Source: Bacillota bacterium (GTDB taxonomy: Bacteria; Bacillota; DTU025). From it: a stretch of DNA of 64,000 nt. The stretch lies in the NCBI GenBank assembly GCA_050951805.1, contig JBMNJT010000002.1:896001-960000 (forward strand), given 5' to 3'. The notes beneath the pieces were generated by a model that was not told the DNA's origin, made no database searches, and saw only the letters and a program-made list of their open reading frames with translations. This document shows, in pieces, positions 39,365-48,296 of this stretch (the stretch's first letter is position 1; every line of letters begins with the position of its first letter). The translations under genes were made by a program, and so were the position numbers.

Positions 39365-41446
39365 ATGCCAGGACAGAATGCTCTGAATAGAGCCGCTGAA
39401 TCTGCTGACCGCGCGCAACCCTCGCTTGACGAAAAAGGGGTTGCGCGATTCACAAATGTAGGGGCGCTATTGCTCAGAATTGTAGTGATAGTAACATGCA
39501 TCATGTTCTTGCTAAGAACTCTGTCGATCCAACCAGCAATTATCATAACCATTGTGCCTGCAATAGCGACGGTCGCTGGTTTCAATTCTATAGGCGGCAA
39601 ACACGGGTATTATGTGGCAAGTATTCTTGCCACACTATTCGATCTTATTCTGATTTCCGCTACTGTCTTTGCAACAGGCGGCATTGACAGCGAGGCTTTC
39701 CTTCTGTATTTTCTCGAGATTGTGGTTTTGTCTCTCAATATCGGTTCTGCGCGATGCGTAGCAGCGGGGATGGGCTGTGCGGGCCTTTACTCGGTGGCCA
39801 CATGGGCTTCATGGGCCAACACGCCCGAGACCAGCTGGATTCTTCTGTACAGGTGTGGCCTTTTCATGCTTGTCGGCTGTGGCGTAGGGCGGCTTTCCAA
39901 GGCCTATCAGGCCTCATTGGAGATGGTGGCTGTGGAGCATGAGAGGGCACGCAAGCGGGACCTCTGGGATCGCACTTTGGCTAATCTTGCCCGGGCAATC
40001 AATTCAGGGCTGGACCTGCATGCCGTGTTGGAAGTGGTGGTCGATGGTGGCCTCGATGTTCTCGAAGCTGAGGCTGGGATGATCGCTGTTGTTGACAAGC
40101 AGGGTCGAACCGTGGCAGAAGCTTGTCGCGCTCTGCCTCCAGATTTTTGCGGCTCTGTGCTCGAACCAGGGCGGGGTGCAATTGGACTCGCCATTGAGTC
40201 TCGGAAGACTGTTGGCATATTGGATTATCAGAAGTTCGATAGAGCTCTGCCTGAAGTACGCGACATGGGGCTTGCCTCTGTTGTGGCTGCTCCGATATTG
40301 ATGGGCTCAGATGTGATTGGCGGTCTAGCGTTTGGCCATACCGTGCTGGGTATGACCTGCACCGAAGAGGAATGCGAGTTTCTGGAGATTCTGGCCAGGC
40401 AGTTGGGCGTTGTTCTGGGAAACGCGCGTTTCTTGGAGGAAGCCAGGCGGAGGGCGGATTACCTGTCCACAATCAATGAGATATCAAAGAGCTTCGCTTC
40501 GGTATTAGAGCCCGAGGTTCTCTTCGAGAAGATCTATCGTGAAGTGCGCCGCATTGTTCCTATGGAAGCGTTCTTCGTAGCCATATATGTTCCTCAGAGG
40601 CGAGAAGTAGAGATAGTTTTCTTGGTGGACGACGGAAAGCGGTGTCCGCCTACGCGTTTCAAGTTGGATGAAGGACCTACTTCGAGAGTCATAATGTCTG
40701 GGCAGCCATTCGTCATTCAGCTGGAGGATGAGGATGACATCGAGGACGCCAAATGGATGGGACACAAACCTGACCCGACGCGATCCGGGATTATTGTGCC
40801 TATGAGGGTAGGGCCACACGTTATAGGCGCTTTATCTGCGCAAAGCTACACGCCGGATGCGTACGGTGAAGAGGAGATAGAGCTCCTCACCACGATTGCG
40901 GCGAGCGCCGCAATAGCTTTAGAAAACGCACGGCTTTACCAAACGGCGCGCGAGCTTTCGCTCACCGATGACCTTACCGATCTTGGGAACTACAGGTTTT
41001 TCTGCAATGCATTGGAAAGAGAGATCGAGAGAGCTAAACGTAATGGGGGTCCGTTGTCCCTGGTAATGATGGACTCTGACAGCCTGAAGTACATAAACGA
41101 TAGGTATGGACACGCCATTGGCGACATGCACTTGATACACCTGGCTGAAACGATGAAGGCAATATCGCGCAAGTCTGATATTCTGGCGAGATATGCGGGC
41201 GATGAGTTCATGATAATACTCCCCAATACCAAGAAGGAAGATGCTAGTGTAATGGCCGAACGCCTTCGGACGCGGATCGAGAATTCGCCGCTGTCTGTTG
41301 ACGGGTCGCCGGTGGTTGCAACTGTGAGCGTTGGGGTCGCTTCTTACCCGGAGGCGGGATCCACTGTGGACGAGCTTGTCAGCGCTGCGGATGCCGCCAT
41401 GTACACGGCGAAACGGCAGGGGAAGAACAGGGTAGTCTGTGTCTGA
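39365..41446 (+). CDS. Membrane-bound GAF-GAF diguanylate cyclase (copy 1)
   Basis: TM N-terminus; two GAF domains; LTDDLT.L.N, INDRYGHAIGD, RKSD...RYAGDEF, AKRQGKNRV. Confidence 0.92.
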   Translation: MPGQNALNRAAESADRAQPSLDEKGVARFTNVGALLLRIVVIVTCIMFLLRTLSIQPAIIITIVPAIATVAGFNSIGGKHGYYVASILATLFDLILISATVFATGGIDSEAFLLYFLEIVVLSLNIGSARCVAAGMGCAGLYSVATWASWANTPETSWILLYRCGLFMLVGCGVGRLSKAYQASLEMVAVEHERARKRDLWDRTLANLARAINSGLDLHAVLEVVVDGGLDVLEAEAGMIAVVDKQGRTVAEACRALPPDFCGSVLEPGRGAIGLAIESRKTVGILDYQKFDRALPEVRDMGLASVVAAPILMGSDVIGGLAFGHTVLGMTCTEEECEFLEILARQLGVVLGNARFLEEARRRADYLSTINEISKSFASVLEPEVLFEKIYREVRRIVPMEAFFVAIYVPQRREVEIVFLVDDGKRCPPTRFKLDEGPTSRVIMSGQPFVIQLEDEDDIEDAKWMGHKPDPTRSGIIVPMRVGPHVIGALSAQSYTPDAYGEEEIELLTTIAASAAIALENARLYQTARELSLTDDLTDLGNYRFFCNALEREIERAKRNGGPLSLVMMDSDSLKYINDRYGHAIGDMHLIHLAETMKAISRKSDILARYAGDEFMIILPNTKKEDASVMAERLRTRIENSPLSVDGSPVVATVSVGVASYPEAGSTVDELVSAADAAMYTAKRQGKNRVVCV

Positions 41447-41705
41447 CCTTGAGACTATCCATGTGGTTGAAAGCTAAATCAGCTTTGATGTTATCGGCTT
41501 GCCAGGGCTGTGGAAGAGATATGAAGGCGTATCGGGCCTTCACTGCTCCAATGCCAAACATTAACTTCCATTTCAATGTCGCAACGATGTTGCTGAGGTC
41601 GTGCGCCCTTCCATTGCAGCCAGCTCGTTGAGGGTCACCAGTCGAATAAATCCCGACGAGCCCTCCACAGAAGGTGTTTACCTCTTCCAAGAGGAGTGGT
41701 GCCAT

Positions 41706-43787
41706 TTGCCGGGACAGATTGATCCGAATAGAGTCGCTGAATCTGCTGACTGGGCTGAACCTACAGCCCCAGAGAAGGGGATTGTGCGATTTGCTTATGT
41801 AGAGGTGCTGTTCCTCAGGATTGTAGTAATAGCATTATGCATCATGCTCTTGCTAGCAACCTCTTCGATCAAACCGGCAACTGTCGTAGCCATTGCGTTT
41901 GCAATAGCGACGACGGTTGGGTTCAGTGCTATCGGCAACAAGCATGGATACTCGGTGGCAAGTGCTCTTGCCACAGTATTCGATCTTATTCTGATTTCGG
42001 CTACTGTCTTCGCAACAGGCGGTACGTTCAGCGAAGCGTTCCTGCTGTATCTCCTCGAAATTGTAGTTTCCTCTTTCAATACCGGCCTAGCGCAATCTAC
42101 AGTTGTAGGAATCGCATGCGCTGGACTATACTTTCTATCCGCTGAAGCTTCGCAGGCGAACGTTGCCGATATCAGCTGGATTCTTCTGTACAGGTGTGGC
42201 CTTTTCATGCTTGTTGGTTGCGGCGTAGGGCAGCTTTCCAAGGCCTATCAGGGTTCATTGGAGATGGCGACTGTGGAGCATGAGAGGGCACGCAAGCGGG
42301 ACCGTTGGGATCGCACTTTAGCTGATCTCGCCCGGGCAGTCAATTCAGGGCTGGAATTGCAGGCCATGTTGGAAGCGATAATCGATGATGGCCTCGATGT
42401 TCTCGAAGCTGAGGCCGGGATGATCGCTGTCGTTGACGAGCACGGTCGAACTGTGGCAGAAGCTTGTCGCGCTCTGCCCCCAGGCTTTTGCGGCTCTGTA
42501 CTCGAACCAGGGCGGGGTGGAATCGGACTCGCGATTGAGTCTCGAAGGACTGTTGGCATATCCGACTATCAGAAATTCGATAAAGCTCTGCCTGAAGTGC
42601 GCGACATGGGGATTGCCTCTGTTGTGGCTGCTCCGATATTGATGGGCTCAGATGTGATTGGCGGTCTAGCGTTTGGCCATACCGTGCTGGGTATGACCTG
42701 CACCGAAGAGGAATGCGAGTTTCTGGAGATTCTGGCCAGGCAGTTGGGCGTTGTTCTGGGAAACGCGCGCTTATTGGAGGAGGCAAGGCGGAGGGCGGAT
42801 TACCTGTCCACAATCAATGAGATATCAAGGAGCTTCGCTTCGGTATTAGAGCCGGAGGCTCTCTTCGAGAAGATCTATTGCGAAGTCAGGCGTGTTATAC
42901 CCATGGAGTTCTTCTTTGTGGCTACTTATCATCCTCAAGAACGCGAGGTGAAGGTAGCGTTTATGATGGACGAAGGCAAGCGATGTCCGCCTACGCGTTT
43001 CAAATTGGACGATGGGCCCACTTCCAAAGTTATAATGACTGGGCAGCCATTCATCATTCAGCTGGAGGATGAGGATGACATCGAGGACGCCAAATGGATG
43101 GGACACAAACCTGACCCGACGCGATCCGGGATTATTGTGCCTATGAGGGTAGGGCCACACGTTATAGGCGTAATATCTACACAAAGCTACACGCCGGATG
43201 CGTACGGTGAAGAGGAGATAGACCTCCTCACCACGATTGCGGCGAGCGCCGCAATAGCTTTAGAAAACGCACGGCTTTACCAAACGGCGCGCGAGCTTTC
43301 GCTCACCGATGACCTTACCGATCTTGGGAACTACAGGTTTTTCTGCAATGCATTGGAAAGAGAGATCGAGAGAGCTAAACGTAATGGGGGTCCGTTGTCC
43401 CTGGTAATGATGGACTCTGACAGCCTGAAGTACATAAACGATAGGTATGGACACGCCATTGGCGACATGCACTTGATACACCTGGCTGAAACGATGAAGG
43501 CAATATCGCGCAAGTCTGATATTCTGGCGAGATATGCGGGCGATGAGTTCATGATAATACTCCCCAATACTAAGAAGGAAGATGCTAGTGTAATGGCCGA
43601 ACGCCTTCGGACGCGGATCGAGAATTCGCCGCTGTCTGTTGACGGGTCGCTGGTGGTTGCAACTGTGAGCGTTGGGGTCGCTTCTTACCCGGAGGCGGGA
43701 TCCACTGTGGACGAACTTGTCAGAGCTGTGGATGCCGCCATGTACAAGGCGAAACGGCAGGGGAAGAACAGGGTGGTTTGTGTCTGA
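41706..43787 (+). CDS. Membrane-bound GAF-GAF diguanylate cyclase (copy 2)
   Basis: Same length and architecture as copy 1, offset 2341 bp. Confidence 0.92.
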   Translation: MPGQIDPNRVAESADWAEPTAPEKGIVRFAYVEVLFLRIVVIALCIMLLLATSSIKPATVVAIAFAIATTVGFSAIGNKHGYSVASALATVFDLILISATVFATGGTFSEAFLLYLLEIVVSSFNTGLAQSTVVGIACAGLYFLSAEASQANVADISWILLYRCGLFMLVGCGVGQLSKAYQGSLEMATVEHERARKRDRWDRTLADLARAVNSGLELQAMLEAIIDDGLDVLEAEAGMIAVVDEHGRTVAEACRALPPGFCGSVLEPGRGGIGLAIESRRTVGISDYQKFDKALPEVRDMGIASVVAAPILMGSDVIGGLAFGHTVLGMTCTEEECEFLEILARQLGVVLGNARLLEEARRRADYLSTINEISRSFASVLEPEALFEKIYCEVRRVIPMEFFFVATYHPQEREVKVAFMMDEGKRCPPTRFKLDDGPTSKVIMTGQPFIIQLEDEDDIEDAKWMGHKPDPTRSGIIVPMRVGPHVIGVISTQSYTPDAYGEEEIDLLTTIAASAAIALENARLYQTARELSLTDDLTDLGNYRFFCNALEREIERAKRNGGPLSLVMMDSDSLKYINDRYGHAIGDMHLIHLAETMKAISRKSDILARYAGDEFMIILPNTKKEDASVMAERLRTRIENSPLSVDGSLVVATVSVGVASYPEAGSTVDELVRAVDAAMYKAKRQGKNRVVCV

Positions 43788-43819
43788 CCCTGTCGTGATC
43801 TTATCGTTATGATTGGCTA

Positions 43820-44728
43820 CTAGGTCAGCCTTTTTATGTTGTCTTTGGGATTGCCCGGCAGCATCTGGGCAACAGGAAGTTCGAGGAGAGTATATGCTCC
43901 TGGTTCGCTTTTGAGTGCGGCTCTGAGGCCTCCCAACATGGCTTGTGCAGTGACGGCTGGGTTTGATATCTTCATCTGCCATTCAAGGAGCTGATTGGAT
44001 GCTTCCCCTGCGGTCCCCTTTCTGCTGATTTCTACTGCGTGTGCGCTGTCTGCTAGGGGCGCCACAGACGCAACGGAGAAGACCTCTGTGTCATCATCTG
44101 AGAAATATGGATCTCGGGTGATGTCTCTGACAATCTCCTGGAAAGGCCTGGAACCGTCTTCTTCGACGTAGACCGTTCGCCTGTGTTTGCCGTATCCTGC
44201 AGGCAATGTGATTGAGATCGCGTCACGCACCCCGGCCACAGAACGTGCGACGACTGAGTGGCCCATGCTCATGCCCGGGCCGAAGTTCGTATATGTTATT
44301 CCCCGAGGCGCCATCAATTCCATAAGGGCCCTTATAAGAGAATCGATGCCGGGGTCCCAGCCGGAGGCTATCACCGCAACCGCTCTGCCTGCAATCGCCG
44401 AGGAGTGCAGGGCTTCTTTGTGCTGGCAGATGGCATCTCCGTGTATGTCAAAGGCGTCGACCACGCTTATCCCTGACCGGAGAAGCCCATGCTCCATTCT
44501 CTCCAGCTCCCGTGTGGGCACGCACATCAGCGCAGCTTGAACTCCTCCAAGATGCGAAATGTCGGTGACGGCTGGGGCAGCCCAGTTCCTGCCGCGAATC
44601 AGCTCATCGGAGACGACCTTTCGCCTTACGATTCCAGTCAACTCGAAGTCCGGTGAAGCCGCAATAGCGTCGGCTGCCGCTCTTCCCACTTTCCCATAAC
44701 CTACGATGGCGACCGGTGTGCGTTCCAT
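43820..44728 (-). CDS. ddh: meso-Diaminopimelate dehydrogenase
   Basis: VAIVGYGKVG, VDAFDIHG, SGWDPG.DS, TYTNFGPGMSMGHS, NPAVTAQ. Confidence 0.92.
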   Translation of the reverse strand: MERTPVAIVGYGKVGRAAADAIAASPDFELTGIVRRKVVSDELIRGRNWAAPAVTDISHLGGVQAALMCVPTRELERMEHGLLRSGISVVDAFDIHGDAICQHKEALHSSAIAGRAVAVIASGWDPGIDSLIRALMELMAPRGITYTNFGPGMSMGHSVVARSVAGVRDAISITLPAGYGKHRRTVYVEEDGSRPFQEIVRDITRDPYFSDDDTEVFSVASVAPLADSAHAVEISRKGTAGEASNQLLEWQMKISNPAVTAQAMLGGLRAALKSEPGAYTLLELPVAQMLPGNPKDNIKRLT

Positions 44729-44805
44729 TTAGGCAGGAAGCCTCCTTTAAAATTGCTTGGCTTAACAGGATTATATAGCTGACAGCGTGCGCCGTCCAGA
44801 TTACA

Positions 44806-44843
44806 TGATATAATGAACCTGTGCATGATGCAGTTGCGCATTA
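44806..44843 (+). promoter_or_regulatory. Extended -10 box and putative autoregulatory operator of the activator gene
   Basis: TGaTATAAT at 44806-44814; TGATGCagttgcGCATTA at 44826-44843. Confidence 0.55.
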
Positions 44844-44867
44844 ACAGACGGATTCGGGGGACTGTAA

Positions 44868-47489
44868 TTGCAGGTCATCGTAGAACGGGCTGAGAGATGT
44901 AGAAGATGTCATGTTTGTGTTACGGCGTGCCCTGTTGGGGCTATAGTCATCAGCAGTGGCGAGGTTCGGTTGAGGCGCGACCTGTGCATCGCCTGTGGGC
45001 AATGTGTGAAGGCCTGTCCCAACGGCGCACTGGCCATTAGGGATCAGGGCGAGGATGTAATGGCCCTCATAGGGAATGGACGCACTGTCGCGATATTGGA
45101 TCCTAGTTTTCCGGGGGCTTTTCCTCAATCCGATCCGCTCTGCCTAATTGGCGCCCTCAGAGAGCTGGGTTTCAGCTCTATATGGGAGGCATCGTTCGGC
45201 GCTGAGTCCCTGCTTCCGTACTACGCCGACTATGTGAAGGCACATTCGGAGGAATCGGGCCGGTCGGTTGCGTTTGCATCTATGTGCCCTGCTGTAGTTG
45301 CCTTTATTGAACATTGCCGTCCTGAGCTTGCTGGTAATCTAGTCCCTCTTGTTTCTCCAACTGTAGCCGCGTCTCGTGTGGCTAGGGCTTTGGGGGAAAA
45401 GAGGGTCGTTTTTATTGGTCCATGTCCTGCAGAAAAACTTGAAGCCGGTTTTGGGGGCGTGCCCGGAGGGCCGAATATTGCGATTACTTATGCAGAATTA
45501 TCGCGTTTGCTTGATAATGTAGGAGTATCTGTGGATCAATGCCCTGCCTCGCTTCCTGATGTAAGGGCAAGCGGCGCTGGTCGCATGCTTGGATTGCCGG
45601 CGGGGTTGCTTCGGGCCCTCAGAATTAGGGATGATGTTGCGCCGCCCGGCATCTTGCTTGCAGAAGGCAAAGAAGAGTGCCTGAAACTGGTGGAAGCTTC
45701 GCTGTCGGGTGCATTAGGCGGTTCATTTGTCGTAGCATCGATCTGCCGTAGCTGCGTGGATGGGACTGGTTTTCCAGAAGGTGCTTCTTTGTGGGATAGA
45801 AGGAGAGCCGTGGTTGACTACATTAAGGAAGCAAGTTCTGTGGGCAGCATGGAAGTGGATGGCGCTTTGCGCGCTGTGTCTGCGTCAGCCGATTTCAAGA
45901 GGCGTTACTTGCCTAGAAAGATTCCTCTCGCGCCAAAAGAGACTGATGTGCGCACGGCGTTGCTCGGCATGGGAATGAGGAGCCCGGAGGACGAACTAGA
46001 CTGCGGGCTATGCGGATTCCAGTCCTGCCGCGAAAGGGCAATTGCGGTGGCGCGAGGGACGACTGAGGCCAGTGAGTGTTTTCCGCGCAGGAATGCAAGG
46101 TTATCTGAGGAATGTGCCCGTCTGAGTCAGCTTGCGTCCGACCTTGATTCAATCGTAAATACTTCCTGCGAGATCTCCTATGTCTGCGATCCGGATGGCT
46201 GGATAGTAAGGGCAAGCAGAGCGGCTAACGACATTATCGGTGTAGAGAATGCGAATCTGCACAAGGTTAACATGAAGAATCTTCCTCGCAGACTATGCCC
46301 TGATGTTGCGATCCAGGCTTTGCACGAGGTCAAGCGAGTGATGGCCATTAGGGATTTGCCAGGCGGGCATAGGTTGCTTGCGGCGGCCTCCCCCATACTT
46401 GATGGCGACGGGGCCTGTAGAGGCGTTGCGGCGACGATAACGGATCTGAGCGGGGCAGCCTTGGAGATCAATACAACTCCCACGGCCAGCAGCTTCGCGA
46501 CTGACGCTGATTCCGAGGACATGGTAGCCTACAGTCCTGCTATGGAAGAGCTCCTCACCTTAGTTCATAAAGTAGCCAACGTATCGTCAACTGTGCTTAT
46601 TACCGGAGAGTCTGGCGTGGGCAAAGAGGTTGTGGCGAGGTATATTCATAGGACGGGAAACAGGGCATCGGGGCCTTTTGTCAAGATAAACTGCGCTGCA
46701 ATACCACATACGCTTCTTGAGTCAGAGTTGTTCGGGTATGAGGAAGGGGCCTTTACTGGAGCACGGAAGAGCGGCAAGCCTGGTCTAATCCAACTGGCTT
46801 CTGGAGGCACTCTTTTTCTAGATGAGATTTCAGAGATGCCCCTGGGAATCCAAGCCAAGCTTCTTCAAGTTCTGCAGGAAAAATGTCTTGTCCGAGTGGG
46901 CGGTACTGAGCAAATCAGGGTGGATGCGCGGATCATGGCAGCCACAAATAGGGATCTGAGGGCTGCGGTGAAAGAGGGACGGTTCCGTGGAGATCTCTAC
47001 TTCAGACTCAATGTCATACCTATCCGGGTTCCGCCACTTAGGGAGAGATCTGGCGATATCGCGCCTCTAACCTATCACTTTATTGAAAAGTGGGATAGCA
47101 GATACGGGCGGAATCATCAGATTTCACGGGAGGCCTGCTCGCTTTTGGAATGCTATAGATGGCCTGGCAACGTTAGGGAACTCGAGAATCTTATAGAGTT
47201 TCTTGTAGTTACTGTTGATGACCCCGTTATCCTGCCTGAACATCTTCCACAGCACGTTGTGGCAGGGGAGGGCGAGAGAGATGTCCAGGTGAGCGTGTCA
47301 GGGATCATGCCTCTCCGTCAGGCTGTGGAGGAAGTTGAACGCCAGCTGATTGCTCTCGCCGCTGAAGCATGCTCTACCACCTATTCCATGGCCAAAGCTT
47401 TGGGGGTTAACCAGTCGACTGTAGTGAGAAAAATGCAGAAGTACATGGAGACTCCCGAGGAGGAGGCAGAGGAGACCGGGAACGTGTAA
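44868..47489 (+). CDS. Sigma-54-dependent activator with 2[4Fe-4S], [FeFe]-hydrogenase-like, FeS, PAS, AAA+ and HTH domains
   Basis: CRRCHVCVTACP, CIACGQCVKACP, SMCP, GPC, LDCGLCGFQSC, GESGVGKE, GAFTGA, FLDEI, WPGNVRELEN, C-terminal HTH. Confidence 0.92.
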   Translation: MQVIVERAERCRRCHVCVTACPVGAIVISSGEVRLRRDLCIACGQCVKACPNGALAIRDQGEDVMALIGNGRTVAILDPSFPGAFPQSDPLCLIGALRELGFSSIWEASFGAESLLPYYADYVKAHSEESGRSVAFASMCPAVVAFIEHCRPELAGNLVPLVSPTVAASRVARALGEKRVVFIGPCPAEKLEAGFGGVPGGPNIAITYAELSRLLDNVGVSVDQCPASLPDVRASGAGRMLGLPAGLLRALRIRDDVAPPGILLAEGKEECLKLVEASLSGALGGSFVVASICRSCVDGTGFPEGASLWDRRRAVVDYIKEASSVGSMEVDGALRAVSASADFKRRYLPRKIPLAPKETDVRTALLGMGMRSPEDELDCGLCGFQSCRERAIAVARGTTEASECFPRRNARLSEECARLSQLASDLDSIVNTSCEISYVCDPDGWIVRASRAANDIIGVENANLHKVNMKNLPRRLCPDVAIQALHEVKRVMAIRDLPGGHRLLAAASPILDGDGACRGVAATITDLSGAALEINTTPTASSFATDADSEDMVAYSPAMEELLTLVHKVANVSSTVLITGESGVGKEVVARYIHRTGNRASGPFVKINCAAIPHTLLESELFGYEEGAFTGARKSGKPGLIQLASGGTLFLDEISEMPLGIQAKLLQVLQEKCLVRVGGTEQIRVDARIMAATNRDLRAAVKEGRFRGDLYFRLNVIPIRVPPLRERSGDIAPLTYHFIEKWDSRYGRNHQISREACSLLECYRWPGNVRELENLIEFLVVTVDDPVILPEHLPQHVVAGEGERDVQVSVSGIMPLRQAVEEVERQLIALAAEACSTTYSMAKALGVNQSTVVRKMQKYMETPEEEAEETGNV

Positions 47490-47647
47490 TGCGTTTGGGC
47501 ATTAATCGATGCGACACAGCATTAAGCTTTGCAAAGGCAAGCAGAGTAAGATAATATAGGCCGTGAGCAGGGATGTCGTGCGGACAAACGAAGGAGACAT
47601 GTGGGCACAAATGTGAAAAGGATCACGACTGATGCACAAGCGCATTA
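47487..47647 (+). promoter_or_regulatory. Three putative upstream activator sites (ATGC-N6-GCATTA) and a Rex/Crp-like box
   Basis: Sites at 47487-47504, 47507-47524, 47630-47647; ATGTGAAAAGGATCACGA at 47611-47628. Confidence 0.65.
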
Positions 47648-47699
47648 GCGAGATTATACTCTGAAAACAAAAGCGCAGGTAGGTTGCTTAAGATCCGCG

Positions 47700-47715
47700 T
47701 GGCATGGAATATGCA
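47700..47715 (+). promoter_or_regulatory. Sigma-54 (-24/-12) promoter of the hydrogenase operon
   Basis: TGGCATGGAATATGCA, correct GG-N10-GC spacing; adjacent to the activator gene. Confidence 0.8.
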
Positions 47716-47763
47716 TTGATATAATATCGGCCATCATGGCCGGCAGAGGAGGTTGAAAGGTCG

Positions 47764-48258
47764 ATGGGTTGCTGTGAATCCAAGTGCGTCGGCGATATCA
47801 CGCCTGAGCAGTGGGCTCAGGTAGATGGGACAATCGCCAAGTACAAGGGCCAGCGCGGAATCTTGATCCCGTGTCTGCACGAGATTCAAGAAGTGGTGGG
47901 CTACCTTCCCCTGGAGGTTCAGGAGAGGGTGGCTGCGGGACTCAATGTTCCGTTGGCTGACGTCTATAGCGTCGTTACCTTCTACGCGCTGTTTTCCACC
48001 AAGCCCAAGGGCAAACATCAGGTAGGAGTCTGCCTGGGAACAGCGTGCTACGTGCGTGGAGGCGACAAGATTCTCGAAAAGGTAGAACAGGCGCTGGGGA
48101 TCAAGGCTGGAGACACAACTGATGACAGGATGTTCTCGATTCAGGTGATGAGGTGTATTGGCGCCTGCGGTCTTGGCCCAGTCATGACGGTTGATGATGA
48201 CATCTATGCGCGCATCAAGCCCGACCGCGTGGCTGAGGTTTTGGCGAAGTATTCCTGA
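47764..48258 (+). CDS. hydC: [FeFe]-hydrogenase gamma subunit (NuoE-like, 2Fe-2S)
   Basis: [27 protein letters not shown]. Confidence 0.93.
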   Translation: MGCCESKCVGDITPEQWAQVDGTIAKYKGQRGILIPCLHEIQEVVGYLPLEVQERVAAGLNVPLADVYSVVTFYALFSTKPKGKHQVGVCLGTACYVRGGDKILEKVEQALGIKAGDTTDDRMFSIQVMRCIGACGLGPVMTVDDDIYARIKPDRVAEVLAKYS

Positions 48259-48296
48259 TAAGGATGGCAGAGCAAGGGAACGAGGGAGGAATACGA

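Larger units (their letters stand above)
39350..43790 (+). repeat. Tandem gene duplication, period 2341 bp
   Basis: 3' halves near-identical at nucleotide level; 5' TM regions diverged. Confidence 0.9.

Noticed and set aside
39365-43787. Diversity-generating retroelement template/variable repeat
   Set aside because: The repeats are whole genes, differences are not adenine-specific, and there is no reverse transcriptase in the window.
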